Positions 19,441 to 27,455 of a stretch of 37,939 nt of DNA are shown in pieces; positions within the stretch are counted from its first letter, which is position 1, and each line of letters starts with the position of its first letter. A program made the position numbers and the translations under genes. The notes beneath the pieces are model-generated. The model was not told where the DNA came from and made no database searches. It saw only the letters and a list, made by a program, of their open reading frames with translations. Source of the stretch: Nitrospina sp. (GTDB taxonomy: Bacteria; Nitrospinota; Nitrospinia; Nitrospinales; VA-1); assembly GCA_018664975.1 (NCBI GenBank), contig JABIXH010000146.1, positions 1 through 37,939 on the forward strand. The letters run 5' to 3'.

Positions 19441-20258
19441 TCACCCTCACGACAGATTTTGGTTTAGATGATCCCTTTGTAGGCATCATGAAAGGGGTCA
19501 TTCTCAATATTGTGCCCGATGCCCAAATCGTTGACATCACCCACAATGTCGAACCGCAGAATATAGCTCAAGCCGCATTAATTCTTAATGCTACCTATCC
19601 CTGGTTCCCGAGAAAAACCGTCCATGTGGTAGTGGTGGACCCAGGTGTAGGGGGCACAACAAAAGCTTCTTCAATGAAAAAAGGAGGTCCCGGCCCTGTG
19701 ATACGAAGAGCAATGGTGGTCCAGTCAAAGTTCCAGACTTTTGTTGGACCCGATAACGGTGTACTCACTCCTGCCCTCTACTCCGATAGCAAGGCTTATG
19801 AGATCACCAACAAAAAATATACCCTGGCAAACGTTTCCAATACGTTTCATGGGCGAGATGTGTTTGCTCCCTGCGCAGGCTGGATCGCAAGCGGAATTGC
19901 GCATTCCAAAATGGGACCCCGAGTCTTGAAACCTGTCCTTATGGATTTCCCGCAACCTCAGTTGAAAGGGACAACCCTCAAAGGAGAAATTGTATATTCT
20001 GACCGCTTCGGCAACCTTATCACCAATATTTCTGCCGAATTAATCAACGAAACTTTCCTTTCTTCCGATACAATAAAAATTCAGGTCGGAAAACATCGCA
20101 TTGATGGATTCGTCACCGGTTATTACCAAATGAAATCCGGCCAGCCTGGAGCCATCATCAATAGCTGGGACCAGTTGGAAATCTTCTATCGTGAAGACAG
20201 TGCCCAAAAAAAATTGAAAGCCCGAGTCGGACAAGCCGTAAGCCTGAAAGCCAACTAA
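19428..20258 (+). CDS. SAM hydroxide adenosyltransferase (DUF62; fluorinase/chlorinase superfamily)
   Basis: ITLTTDFG, VVDPGVG, GPDNG, TFHGRDVFAP, DRFGNLITN. Confidence 0.92.
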   Translation: MRPVITLTTDFGLDDPFVGIMKGVILNIVPDAQIVDITHNVEPQNIAQAALILNATYPWFPRKTVHVVVVDPGVGGTTKASSMKKGGPGPVIRRAMVVQSKFQTFVGPDNGVLTPALYSDSKAYEITNKKYTLANVSNTFHGRDVFAPCAGWIASGIAHSKMGPRVLKPVLMDFPQPQLKGTTLKGEIVYSDRFGNLITNISAELINETFLSSDTIKIQVGKHRIDGFVTGYYQMKSGQPGAIINSWDQLEIFYREDSAQKKLKARVGQAVSLKAN

Positions 20259-20295
20259 AGTATTTTCAAAACACCCATTTACCCGGTTATCGATC

Positions 20296-20754
20296 GTGAG
20301 TGAAATTAAAATTGTCTGCCAGAATAAAAAGGCAAGACATAACTATTCCATTGAAGATACCCTGGAGGCCGGGCTGGTTTTGAAGGGCACAGAGGTTAAG
20401 TCTCTTAGAAATGGGAAGGCCAATTTGGTCGATAGTTACGCCATCATTGATGGCGAAGAAGCATGGTTGCTCCATTTCCATATCGATGCCTACAGTCCGG
20501 CGACACAGTTCAACCATCACCCTATGCGAAAGCGCAAACTACTTTTACATAAGAAAGAAATCAACAAACTCATCGGAAAGACGCAGGAAAAAGGATGCAC
20601 TTTGGTTCCACTGAAAGTTTTTTTCAAGAACGGGAAGGCAAAAATAGATATTGGCATTGCCAAAGCAAAAAAACTCTACGACAAACGTGCCGCGCTCAAA
20701 AAACACGAGGCCGACCGTGAAATCGACCGGGCCATGAAGTCCCGAAACCGTTAA
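20296..20754 (+). CDS. smpB: SsrA-binding protein
   Basis: NKKARHNY, EAGLVL-GTEVKSLR, RKLLLHK-EI, KK-YDKR; GTG start. Confidence 0.98.
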   Translation: MSEIKIVCQNKKARHNYSIEDTLEAGLVLKGTEVKSLRNGKANLVDSYAIIDGEEAWLLHFHIDAYSPATQFNHHPMRKRKLLLHKKEINKLIGKTQEKGCTLVPLKVFFKNGKAKIDIGIAKAKKLYDKRAALKKHEADREIDRAMKSRNR

Positions 20755-20781
20755 GCACAAATTATTGAATAGGTATTTACA

Positions 20782-21777
20782 ATGGAAAAGGTGATCGGAA
20801 AAATATTACAGGGCTATCAACCGGCCTGTGTGGTCATGGCCGCTAATGAGTTGAAACTGTTTGACCAACTCAAGCAACCGGCAACAGCAAAGCAAGTTGC
20901 GGACACCCTGAGTTTGGACCCGGAAGCGACCGAACGTTTGCTCAATGCTCTCACTTCATTAGAAATTATTTCCAAAGAAAATCAAGCCTACCAGTTACCC
21001 CATGAAGCCCACGAATTTCTAATATCCGGCGGAAGCCACTCTCTCCAGCAATGGATTCAGCTCTCGGCCGATCTCTACCCCGTTTGGGGTCAGCTTTCCT
21101 CATTTATAAAATCCGGCATTCTCATCGAAAGCATCATGGAAATGCTTGGCGGAGACCCCCATAAAATGCGAGCATTCACGGACGCCATGCATGATAAAGC
21201 GCTTAAAGCGACATGGATGATTGCGCGTGAAATTCCTATAGGGGATGCAAAAACTATGCTGGATATTGGAGGGGGACCAGGAACCTATTCACTGGAATGG
21301 TGCAAATTACACAGTCATCTCAAAGCAACTGTATTCGACATTGCTCCGGTTCTCGAAGTAGCAAAAAACTATATCGAATCTTATGGGTTGCAGGATCGGG
21401 TGGACACCCAACCGGGAGATTTCCATAAAGATGATTTAGGCAACAGTCAATACGACCTGGTTCTCATGGCCAATATTTTACACATGTATGATGCCGACAT
21501 GAGTAAGGCCCTGGTCACCAAAGCTGTAAAAGCAGTGAAACCGGGGGGCCGTATCATCATCCACGGATTCTGCACGGATGAAGACCAGACTGGCCCTATA
21601 GACGACACGTTATTTAGCCTCAATATTGGCATGTTGACCGAAGGAGGACGGGCACATCCCGTTCAGGAAAAAATTGACTGGCTTAAGGGAGCCGGAGTTT
21701 CCGATATCCACCATTTCAGGGTCGATGCCATCCCTACCGGAGTCGTTACCGGGCGGAGAGCCTCCGCTGGCAAATAG
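20782..21777 (+). CDS. O-methyltransferase family 2 protein (dimerisation domain + SAM-binding domain)
   Basis: N-terminal LKLFD-L...ERLL-AL, LDIGGGPG, GDF, NILH, PGGR. Confidence 0.88.
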   Translation: MEKVIGKILQGYQPACVVMAANELKLFDQLKQPATAKQVADTLSLDPEATERLLNALTSLEIISKENQAYQLPHEAHEFLISGGSHSLQQWIQLSADLYPVWGQLSSFIKSGILIESIMEMLGGDPHKMRAFTDAMHDKALKATWMIAREIPIGDAKTMLDIGGGPGTYSLEWCKLHSHLKATVFDIAPVLEVAKNYIESYGLQDRVDTQPGDFHKDDLGNSQYDLVLMANILHMYDADMSKALVTKAVKAVKPGGRIIIHGFCTDEDQTGPIDDTLFSLNIGMLTEGGRAHPVQEKIDWLKGAGVSDIHHFRVDAIPTGVVTGRRASAGK

Positions 21778-21824
21778 CAAAGCTTTTTCCAACAGAGTTA
21801 TCTCGGCTTAAGATAGCCTGGCCC
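21748..21824 (+). repeat. Dispersed element, degenerate copy C
   Basis: ACCGGGCG-GAGAGCC...GCTGGCAA...GAGTTATCTCGGCTT...GCCC aligns by eye with copy B (ACTGGGCGTGAGACC.GCTGGCAA...GAGTATTCTCGGCTT...GCCC). Confidence 0.45.
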
Positions 21825-22729
21825 TATTTCTGCGTGGCCCGGTAGACCACCAACACCACCCCGGTAACAGCAATCGCGCCTCCAAAATATCCGAATGACC
21901 CAACTGGGTCTGCTTGCAGTCCGGCGAAACCCATCTCAGGAAGAATTTTCATTCCCAAAAGGGTAATCAACGGATTAAGGCTAATGATGACACTGATTAG
22001 AGCTAGCGGTATATATTTGACTGCTTCGGCGAGAGCCCCATAAGCAAGTAGCGTATTGACAGCACAGAATATCAGAGACAACCAGGGGATGGTCCCAGCG
22101 CTGGTAAAATCTTCCCACTCGACTCCACCTATTAAGGTGAACGAAGCAACACCATAAACCAGCAGGTTTAAAGATTGTGCTCCATAATGCCGACTGAGAA
22201 ATTTTTGCGACACCATATACCCCACCCAAATCATGGCGGCAAGGATGATTAAAAAATTTGCGTAATAATATTCGCCTGCATTCTGAATCCGGCTTTGCTG
22301 ATCATGAAAAAACAGGAACAGTCCACTGCCCGCAACAACCATCCCAAAAACCTGCCGCAGGGTCAGGCGCTCCTTGAAAACAAAAACTCCCACCAACACC
22401 AGAAATACGGAGGCGGTCTGTATAAGGACTGCCATATTGGAAGGGCCGCTCAAGTCCACACCCATCGTCACCCAATAATAGTTGGCTGAAAGACAGGCCC
22501 CTCCCACGATCCCCATCCATGGAGGTTTGCGAAGAATATTCAGCGGTTCATGGTTTTTCCATTGCAGGATGACTGCCAGCATCAAGAAAGCAAAGAGGAA
22601 CCGGAACCAGGAAATGGTTCCCGCATGAAAACCCTGCAAAGTTATTTTAAGAAAAATAGGAAGTACACCCCAAAGCAAAGCGGTGACTATGGATAGCAGA
22701 ATGCCACGAAGGTAATACCCTTTAGCCAC
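21824..22729 (-). CDS. EamA/DMT family transporter
   Basis: About 10 hydrophobic helices, LLWG--PI, RFLFA, FKERL duplicated-domain pattern; GTG start. Confidence 0.9.
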   Translation of the reverse strand: MAKGYYLRGILLSIVTALLWGVLPIFLKITLQGFHAGTISWFRFLFAFLMLAVILQWKNHEPLNILRKPPWMGIVGGACLSANYYWVTMGVDLSGPSNMAVLIQTASVFLVLVGVFVFKERLTLRQVFGMVVAGSGLFLFFHDQQSRIQNAGEYYYANFLIILAAMIWVGYMVSQKFLSRHYGAQSLNLLVYGVASFTLIGGVEWEDFTSAGTIPWLSLIFCAVNTLLAYGALAEAVKYIPLALISVIISLNPLITLLGMKILPEMGFAGLQADPVGSFGYFGGAIAVTGVVLVVYRATQK

Positions 22730-22838
22730 TGGGCGTGGGGCCAGAGCGCACGTGATAATCTTCCTCAGCTTTCATGCCCCGAAGGGGTAATAGCTTTATC
22801 TGGCAATAAGAACTATCGGGGGCTTGATGAGTCATTGC
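22727..22838 (+). repeat. Dispersed element, copy A
   Basis: CACTGGGCGTGGGGCCAG...CTGGCAAT...GGCTTGATGAGTC blocks shared in the same order with 37471-37544 (minus strand). Confidence 0.65.
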
Positions 22839-22864
22839 TATCTGCCACCGGCGGCTCGCCGGGC

Positions 22865-23494
22865 CTAGTGAAGTTGGGAAAAATTTTTCAGCACCGTGAG
22901 GCCCAGACGCTGGCTTTTTTCTGGGTGAAACTGGAAAGCATGAACGTTTTCAAAATGGATTCCTGAGGCGAAATCGATTCCGTAATTCGTGGTGGTCGCA
23001 ATGACCGTTGGGTCCTGCGGAACAACATAATACGAATGTACAAAGTAAAAATAGGACTCATCAGCAACCGATTCAAATAATGGATTACCCGGGGCAACTC
23101 GCACTCTGTTCCATCCCATATGCGGTATTTTTAACGGTTCACCCGATTCCGACTTGAGTTGGGCATCTTTGAATCCCACAACTTTTCCAGAGAGTATGCC
23201 GAGTCCTTCTACTTCGCCGAATTCTTCAGCCTGACTAAACAGGAGTTGCAGTCCAAGGCATATTCCCAGAAAAGGCTTGCCACTTTTGACCGATTTGTGC
23301 ACCGTATCAATAAGATCCAGGTTCTCCAGGTTCACCATACATTCTTTGAAAGCTCCAACCCCCGGAAGCACTACGGAATTTGCTGAAAGAATTTTATTGG
23401 AATCGCTGGTGACAATTGCCTCGGCACCCACAGCCTCAAAAGCTTTTTGCACGGAACGGAGGTTACCCATTCCGTAATCAATGATAGCGATCAA
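22865..23494 (-). CDS. hisH: Imidazole glycerol phosphate synthase glutaminase subunit
   Basis: IDYGMGNL-SV, LPGVGAF, GICLG, PHMGWN, YFVHSY, QFHPEKS. Confidence 0.98.
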   Translation of the reverse strand: MIAIIDYGMGNLRSVQKAFEAVGAEAIVTSDSNKILSANSVVLPGVGAFKECMVNLENLDLIDTVHKSVKSGKPFLGICLGLQLLFSQAEEFGEVEGLGILSGKVVGFKDAQLKSESGEPLKIPHMGWNRVRVAPGNPLFESVADESYFYFVHSYYVVPQDPTVIATTTNYGIDFASGIHFENVHAFQFHPEKSQRLGLTVLKNFSQLH

Positions 23495-24082
23495 CTAAAG
23501 AGTCCCTTTGGTGGAGGGAACATCTGCGGAACGGGAATCCAACGAGCAAGCGGAGTCTAAAGCGCGGGCAAAAGATTTAAATAATGCTTCCGTTATATGG
23601 TGAAGGTTATTCCAGTATGGAGAGTTGAAGTGCAGGGTCATACCGCTGTTAGCAGAAAAAGCCTGAAAAAATTCTTGAACCAATTCGACATCAAACTCGC
23701 CAAGCTTGGCTTTAGGAAGATCCAGATTAAACACAAAGAAAGCTCGACCGCTTATATCAATGATGCATTGGGCCAAAGCCTCATTCAAAGGCACATTAGC
23801 TTCAGCGAAACGTCGAATACCTTTTTTATCCCCCAACGCTTCCTTGAAAGCCTGCCCCACAGCTATGCCAACATCTTCAACCGTGTGGTGAAAGTCTATG
23901 TGAGTGTCGCCCTTGGCCTTGACTGTAAGATCAAAATAACCGTGCCGGGCCAATTGCGAAAGCATATGATCCAAAAATGGGACAGGGGTCTGGATATCCT
24001 GAATCCCGGTTCCATCCAGATTCACCCTTACTTCAATTTGAGTTTCGCTGGTAGAGCGATTGACGTGGGAGGTTCTAGCCAT
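23495..24082 (-). CDS. hisB: Imidazoleglycerol-phosphate dehydratase
   Basis: FLDHML, HHTVED, N-HH--EA-FK, PSTKG-L. Confidence 0.97.
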   Translation of the reverse strand: MARTSHVNRSTSETQIEVRVNLDGTGIQDIQTPVPFLDHMLSQLARHGYFDLTVKAKGDTHIDFHHTVEDVGIAVGQAFKEALGDKKGIRRFAEANVPLNEALAQCIIDISGRAFFVFNLDLPKAKLGEFDVELVQEFFQAFSANSGMTLHFNSPYWNNLHHITEALFKSFARALDSACSLDSRSADVPSTKGTL

Positions 24083-26093
24083 TCAGAGGTTCTTTTACCT
24101 TTATCTTTTCTTTATTTCCATTTCCGGAATAGGAAGGCTTTTTACCATTCGAGGAATGGGACTTCTTGCCATTACCAACCACCCATTTTTTTCCATTACC
24201 AGAAGCCGCCATTTCAGCAACGGATCCATAAAAGGTCATGATGGTTTCAAACATTCCTTCTGGGTCCAGCTTGAGATTTTTACGCTGAAGACTGGGCGAG
24301 CCATGCTCAAGAACAATATCACCGAGCCCAATACATTTTACTGGTATATTCACTACTTGTTCCTCTTGCAGTGCTTCCAGAATAGCAGACCCAAAACCAC
24401 CTTTAAGGGAATGCTCTTCAGTAGTGATCAAGCACCTTGCTTTAAGGGCGTATTTAACAATCAATTCTTTATCCACAGGCTTGGCAAACCTGGCGTTGAT
24501 AACAGCAACACTGACGCCTTCTTTCTCAAACTTATCTGCTACCTCCTGCGCCCATTCAACCGTATGTCCATAAGCAAAAATGGCGATATCCGTTCCATCT
24601 TGGATCACTTCACCCTTACCGATCTCAAGTTCTTTCATTTCAGGATCGAGGGGTATCCCTAAACCAGAACCTCTGGGATAGCGAAGAGCCGCAGGGCCCT
24701 GATGGTAAACTGCCGTTTTCAACATATGCCGCATTTCATTTTCATCTTTGGGAGCCATGACCACCATATTTGGCAAAGTACGAAGAAACGCAATGTCGTA
24801 CAAACCCTGATGCGTCGCGCCATCTTCACCCACAATCCCCGCACGATCCATAGCAAACGTTACAGATAGGTTCATCAGGCAAATATCGTGAACAACCTGA
24901 TCATATGCTCTCTGCAGAAAAGTAGAGTATATTGCCACAATCGGACGAAAGCCCTCGATCGAGAGCGCTCCGGCAAATGCAACTCCGTGTTGTTCTGCCA
25001 TGCCCACATCGAAGGTGCGGTCAGGAAACTCTTTGCCAAATTTACTGATTCCCGTCCCATCCGGCATTGCCGCCGTAATGCCGATAAGTTTATCGTCTTC
25101 TTTAGCCAAATCAATCATGGCATCGGCAAACACATTGGTATAAGCCGGGTTGGATTTTTTCTTATGGAATTCGCCCGTAGAAATATCGAAAGGTTTAGCA
25201 CCATGCCAAACATCCGCTTTCTCCTCTGCCTGTTCGTAACCTTTTCCCTTACGAGTTATAACGTGCATCAGGGTAGGACCCTTGAGATCCTTAACGGTGG
25301 AAAACGTTTCAATCAACGCGTCAACATCATGGCCATCAATTGGCCCGACATACCGAAAACCCAGGTCTTCGAACAAACGCCCAGGAATGAATACACCTTT
25401 TATAGCTTCGTCTATCTTATGCGCATACCGGGTAATTTCTTTTCCAATACCGGGAACAGCCATTAAAAGCTGACCAATCTCCTGTTTAATTTTCAGCATT
25501 ACCTGCCCGGTCATGATCTTGCTGAGGTGTGCAGACATACCCCCTACATTTGCAGATATTGACATTTCATTGTCGTTAAGCACAACAATCATGTCATTCT
25601 GTATATGCCCGGTATGATTGAGTCCTTCAAAAGCCATCCCGGCAGTCAGGGACCCATCCCCAATGACCGCAAGCACATCATTAGTTTCTTTTTTCAGATC
25701 CCTCGCCTGGGCAAAAGCCAGGGCCGCAGAAATAGAAGTGCCACCGTGCCCACAATTCCAGTGGTCGTGTTCACTTTCTTCCCGCTTAGTGAACCCACAC
25801 AACCCATCAGACTGTCGGAGAGTGCTAAACCTGTCTCGTCTACCAGTCAATAACTTATGAACGTATGATTGGTGACCCACATCCCAAACAAACTTGTCCT
25901 TTGGACTATCAAAAACATAATGCATCGCCATAGTCAATTCCACCACACCCAGATTGGATGACAGATGCCCACCCGTTTCAGAAATAGTTTCCAGAAGCGT
26001 GTCCCGGATTTCCAGCGCAAGAAGTGGTAACTCTTCCACTGAAAGTTTTTTTAAATCCTGAGGGCCATCTATTTGACTTAAGAACTTGCTCAT
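24075..26093 (-). CDS. dxs: 1-deoxy-D-xylulose-5-phosphate synthase
   Basis: GGHL-SNLG-VEL, WDVGHQ-Y-HK, GDG...NDNEMSI, YSTFLQRAYDQ, DRAG-VGEDG-THQG, RYPRG. Confidence 0.98.
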   Translation of the reverse strand: MSKFLSQIDGPQDLKKLSVEELPLLALEIRDTLLETISETGGHLSSNLGVVELTMAMHYVFDSPKDKFVWDVGHQSYVHKLLTGRRDRFSTLRQSDGLCGFTKREESEHDHWNCGHGGTSISAALAFAQARDLKKETNDVLAVIGDGSLTAGMAFEGLNHTGHIQNDMIVVLNDNEMSISANVGGMSAHLSKIMTGQVMLKIKQEIGQLLMAVPGIGKEITRYAHKIDEAIKGVFIPGRLFEDLGFRYVGPIDGHDVDALIETFSTVKDLKGPTLMHVITRKGKGYEQAEEKADVWHGAKPFDISTGEFHKKKSNPAYTNVFADAMIDLAKEDDKLIGITAAMPDGTGISKFGKEFPDRTFDVGMAEQHGVAFAGALSIEGFRPIVAIYSTFLQRAYDQVVHDICLMNLSVTFAMDRAGIVGEDGATHQGLYDIAFLRTLPNMVVMAPKDENEMRHMLKTAVYHQGPAALRYPRGSGLGIPLDPEMKELEIGKGEVIQDGTDIAIFAYGHTVEWAQEVADKFEKEGVSVAVINARFAKPVDKELIVKYALKARCLITTEEHSLKGGFGSAILEALQEEQVVNIPVKCIGLGDIVLEHGSPSLQRKNLKLDPEGMFETIMTFYGSVAEMAASGNGKKWVVGNGKKSHSSNGKKPSYSGNGNKEKIKVKEPLNG

Positions 26094-26110
26094 TGGGGGG
26101 TCCCAATCAA

Positions 26111-27022
26111 TTAAAATGTTCGTTGCACAAAGAACCGGGCAATCTCTCTAAGAGGGTCCGCCCGATCATCAAATTCTTTTAAACAAGCTATGCTCTCTTC
26201 AACCAACTCTTCAGCTTTGCGGCGAGACTCCTCCAAGCCATACAAGGCTGGGTAGGTCGCTTTATCTTTAGTCAGGTCACTGCCAATATCCTTACCCAAT
26301 TCTTTTTCATCACCCGTGATATCGAGAATGTCATCGATAATCTGAAAGGCAAGCCCAATATGAGCCCCAAACCGGGATAATGAATTTAACTGGCGAGGAG
26401 AGGCCCCACTAAGGATACCTCCACACCGGATACAAGCCCTAAATAGAAACCCTGTTTTATAAATATGAATATATTCCAGAGTTTCTGCGTCAATCGGTTT
26501 GCCTTCTGACTCAAGGTCAACCACTTGACCCCCTATCATACCTGTAGAGCCAAGCGCATTCGCCATCTCATGAGTAGCATTGAGAAGACGTTCGGGTGGA
26601 ATGGACTCCATCCCTACAGACCGGGTCATCAGGATAAACGCGTGAGTCAGTAAAGCGTCACCCGCTAAAATGGCAACCGCTTCTCCAAATACTTTATGGT
26701 TTGTGGGTTTGCCCCGCCGTAGGTCATCGTTGTCTAAAGCAGGGAGATCATCGTGAATCAAGGTATACGTGTGAATCAACTCGGCGGCCACCGCAAATGG
26801 CAGCACCGCTTTTCGGTCTCCCCCTACCGCTTCTGAAGCCGCAATAACCAAAACGGGACGCAACCTCTTGCCCCCGGCAAGGAGACTATAATGCATCGCT
26901 CTATGGATGACATCAGGATAGGCCTCCGCCTCCGGCAAAAGACTCAGTATCCCTTCATCGATTATTTTTTTACCTTCAGAAAGGTACTGAGATGCAGACA
27001 AACCGTTCAATAAAATCAACAA
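26111..27022 (-). CDS. ispA: Polyprenyl (farnesyl/geranylgeranyl) diphosphate synthase
   Basis: GGKRLRP, LIHDDLPALDNDDLRRG, AGDAL, GGQ--D, KTG, FQIIDDILD; exact start uncertain. Confidence 0.92.
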   Translation of the reverse strand: MLILLNGLSASQYLSEGKKIIDEGILSLLPEAEAYPDVIHRAMHYSLLAGGKRLRPVLVIAASEAVGGDRKAVLPFAVAAELIHTYTLIHDDLPALDNDDLRRGKPTNHKVFGEAVAILAGDALLTHAFILMTRSVGMESIPPERLLNATHEMANALGSTGMIGGQVVDLESEGKPIDAETLEYIHIYKTGFLFRACIRCGGILSGASPRQLNSLSRFGAHIGLAFQIIDDILDITGDEKELGKDIGSDLTKDKATYPALYGLEESRRKAEELVEESIACLKEFDDRADPLREIARFFVQRTF

Positions 27023-27070
27023 ATAATAATTGTTATCGAAGGTACAGCTTAACCACTTTACTTGATAAAA

Positions 27071-27098
27071 ATCTTAACACAAATTCCCATACAGTCAA
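27071..27098 (-). promoter_or_regulatory. Putative sigma70 promoter of ispA-dxs-hisB-hisH
   Basis: Minus strand TTGACT-16 nt-TAAGAT with extended -10 TG. Confidence 0.45.
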
Positions 27099-27331
27099 CT
27101 TTATTGTTCGCCGCCCCTCCTCCATGGAAATCCTTAATTTATAAGTTGTTGACGGTGATTTTTTAATGGTGGAAACAACTGGATTCCTGATTAACCCGTC
27201 AGCCCCAGATTTATTAATTCAGGGGCAAACTTGATATAAAGTGAACCCATTTCCCATAAGTTTGGGAAAAAAATTTAACCTGCTAAATAAATTTAAGCCC
27301 TAGTTGACAATTACTTGTGTTTCTTAGTTTG

Positions 27332-27353
27332 TTGATTTATCATGATAAATCAA
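27332..27353. promoter_or_regulatory. Perfect 22-bp palindrome, candidate operator upstream of nhaD
   Basis: TTGATTTATCATGATAAATCAA is its own reverse complement; overlaps TTGATT-16-TATCAT. Confidence 0.55.
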
Positions 27354-27455
27354 TATCATTAAATAAATCAGCTTATTAAGCTCACTTTGAGGCAGGGAAG
27401 ATACTTAGGTACTCCCCTCCGCCCGATTTCTCACCTTTCTCAATAGGATTGAAGA

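Noticed and set aside
20755-20781. tmRNA (ssrA) or an integrated element next to smpB
   Set aside because: Gap is 27 nt; no tRNA-like ends or integrase seen
22821-22833. TTGATGAG as a hammerhead core, or CTCATCAAG as a SAM-I riboswitch start
   Set aside because: Hammerhead needs CUGAUGA plus GAAA and stems; the remaining SAM-I consensus is missing
22844-22864. CCGGCG-GCT-CGCCGG hairpin right after the hisH stop as a terminator
   Set aside because: No U-tract on either strand
23597-25466. Long plus-strand ORFs (214, 200, 192 aa) and other antisense ORFs in the track
   Set aside because: Shadows of well-conserved genes (hisB, dxs, etc.) with no motifs
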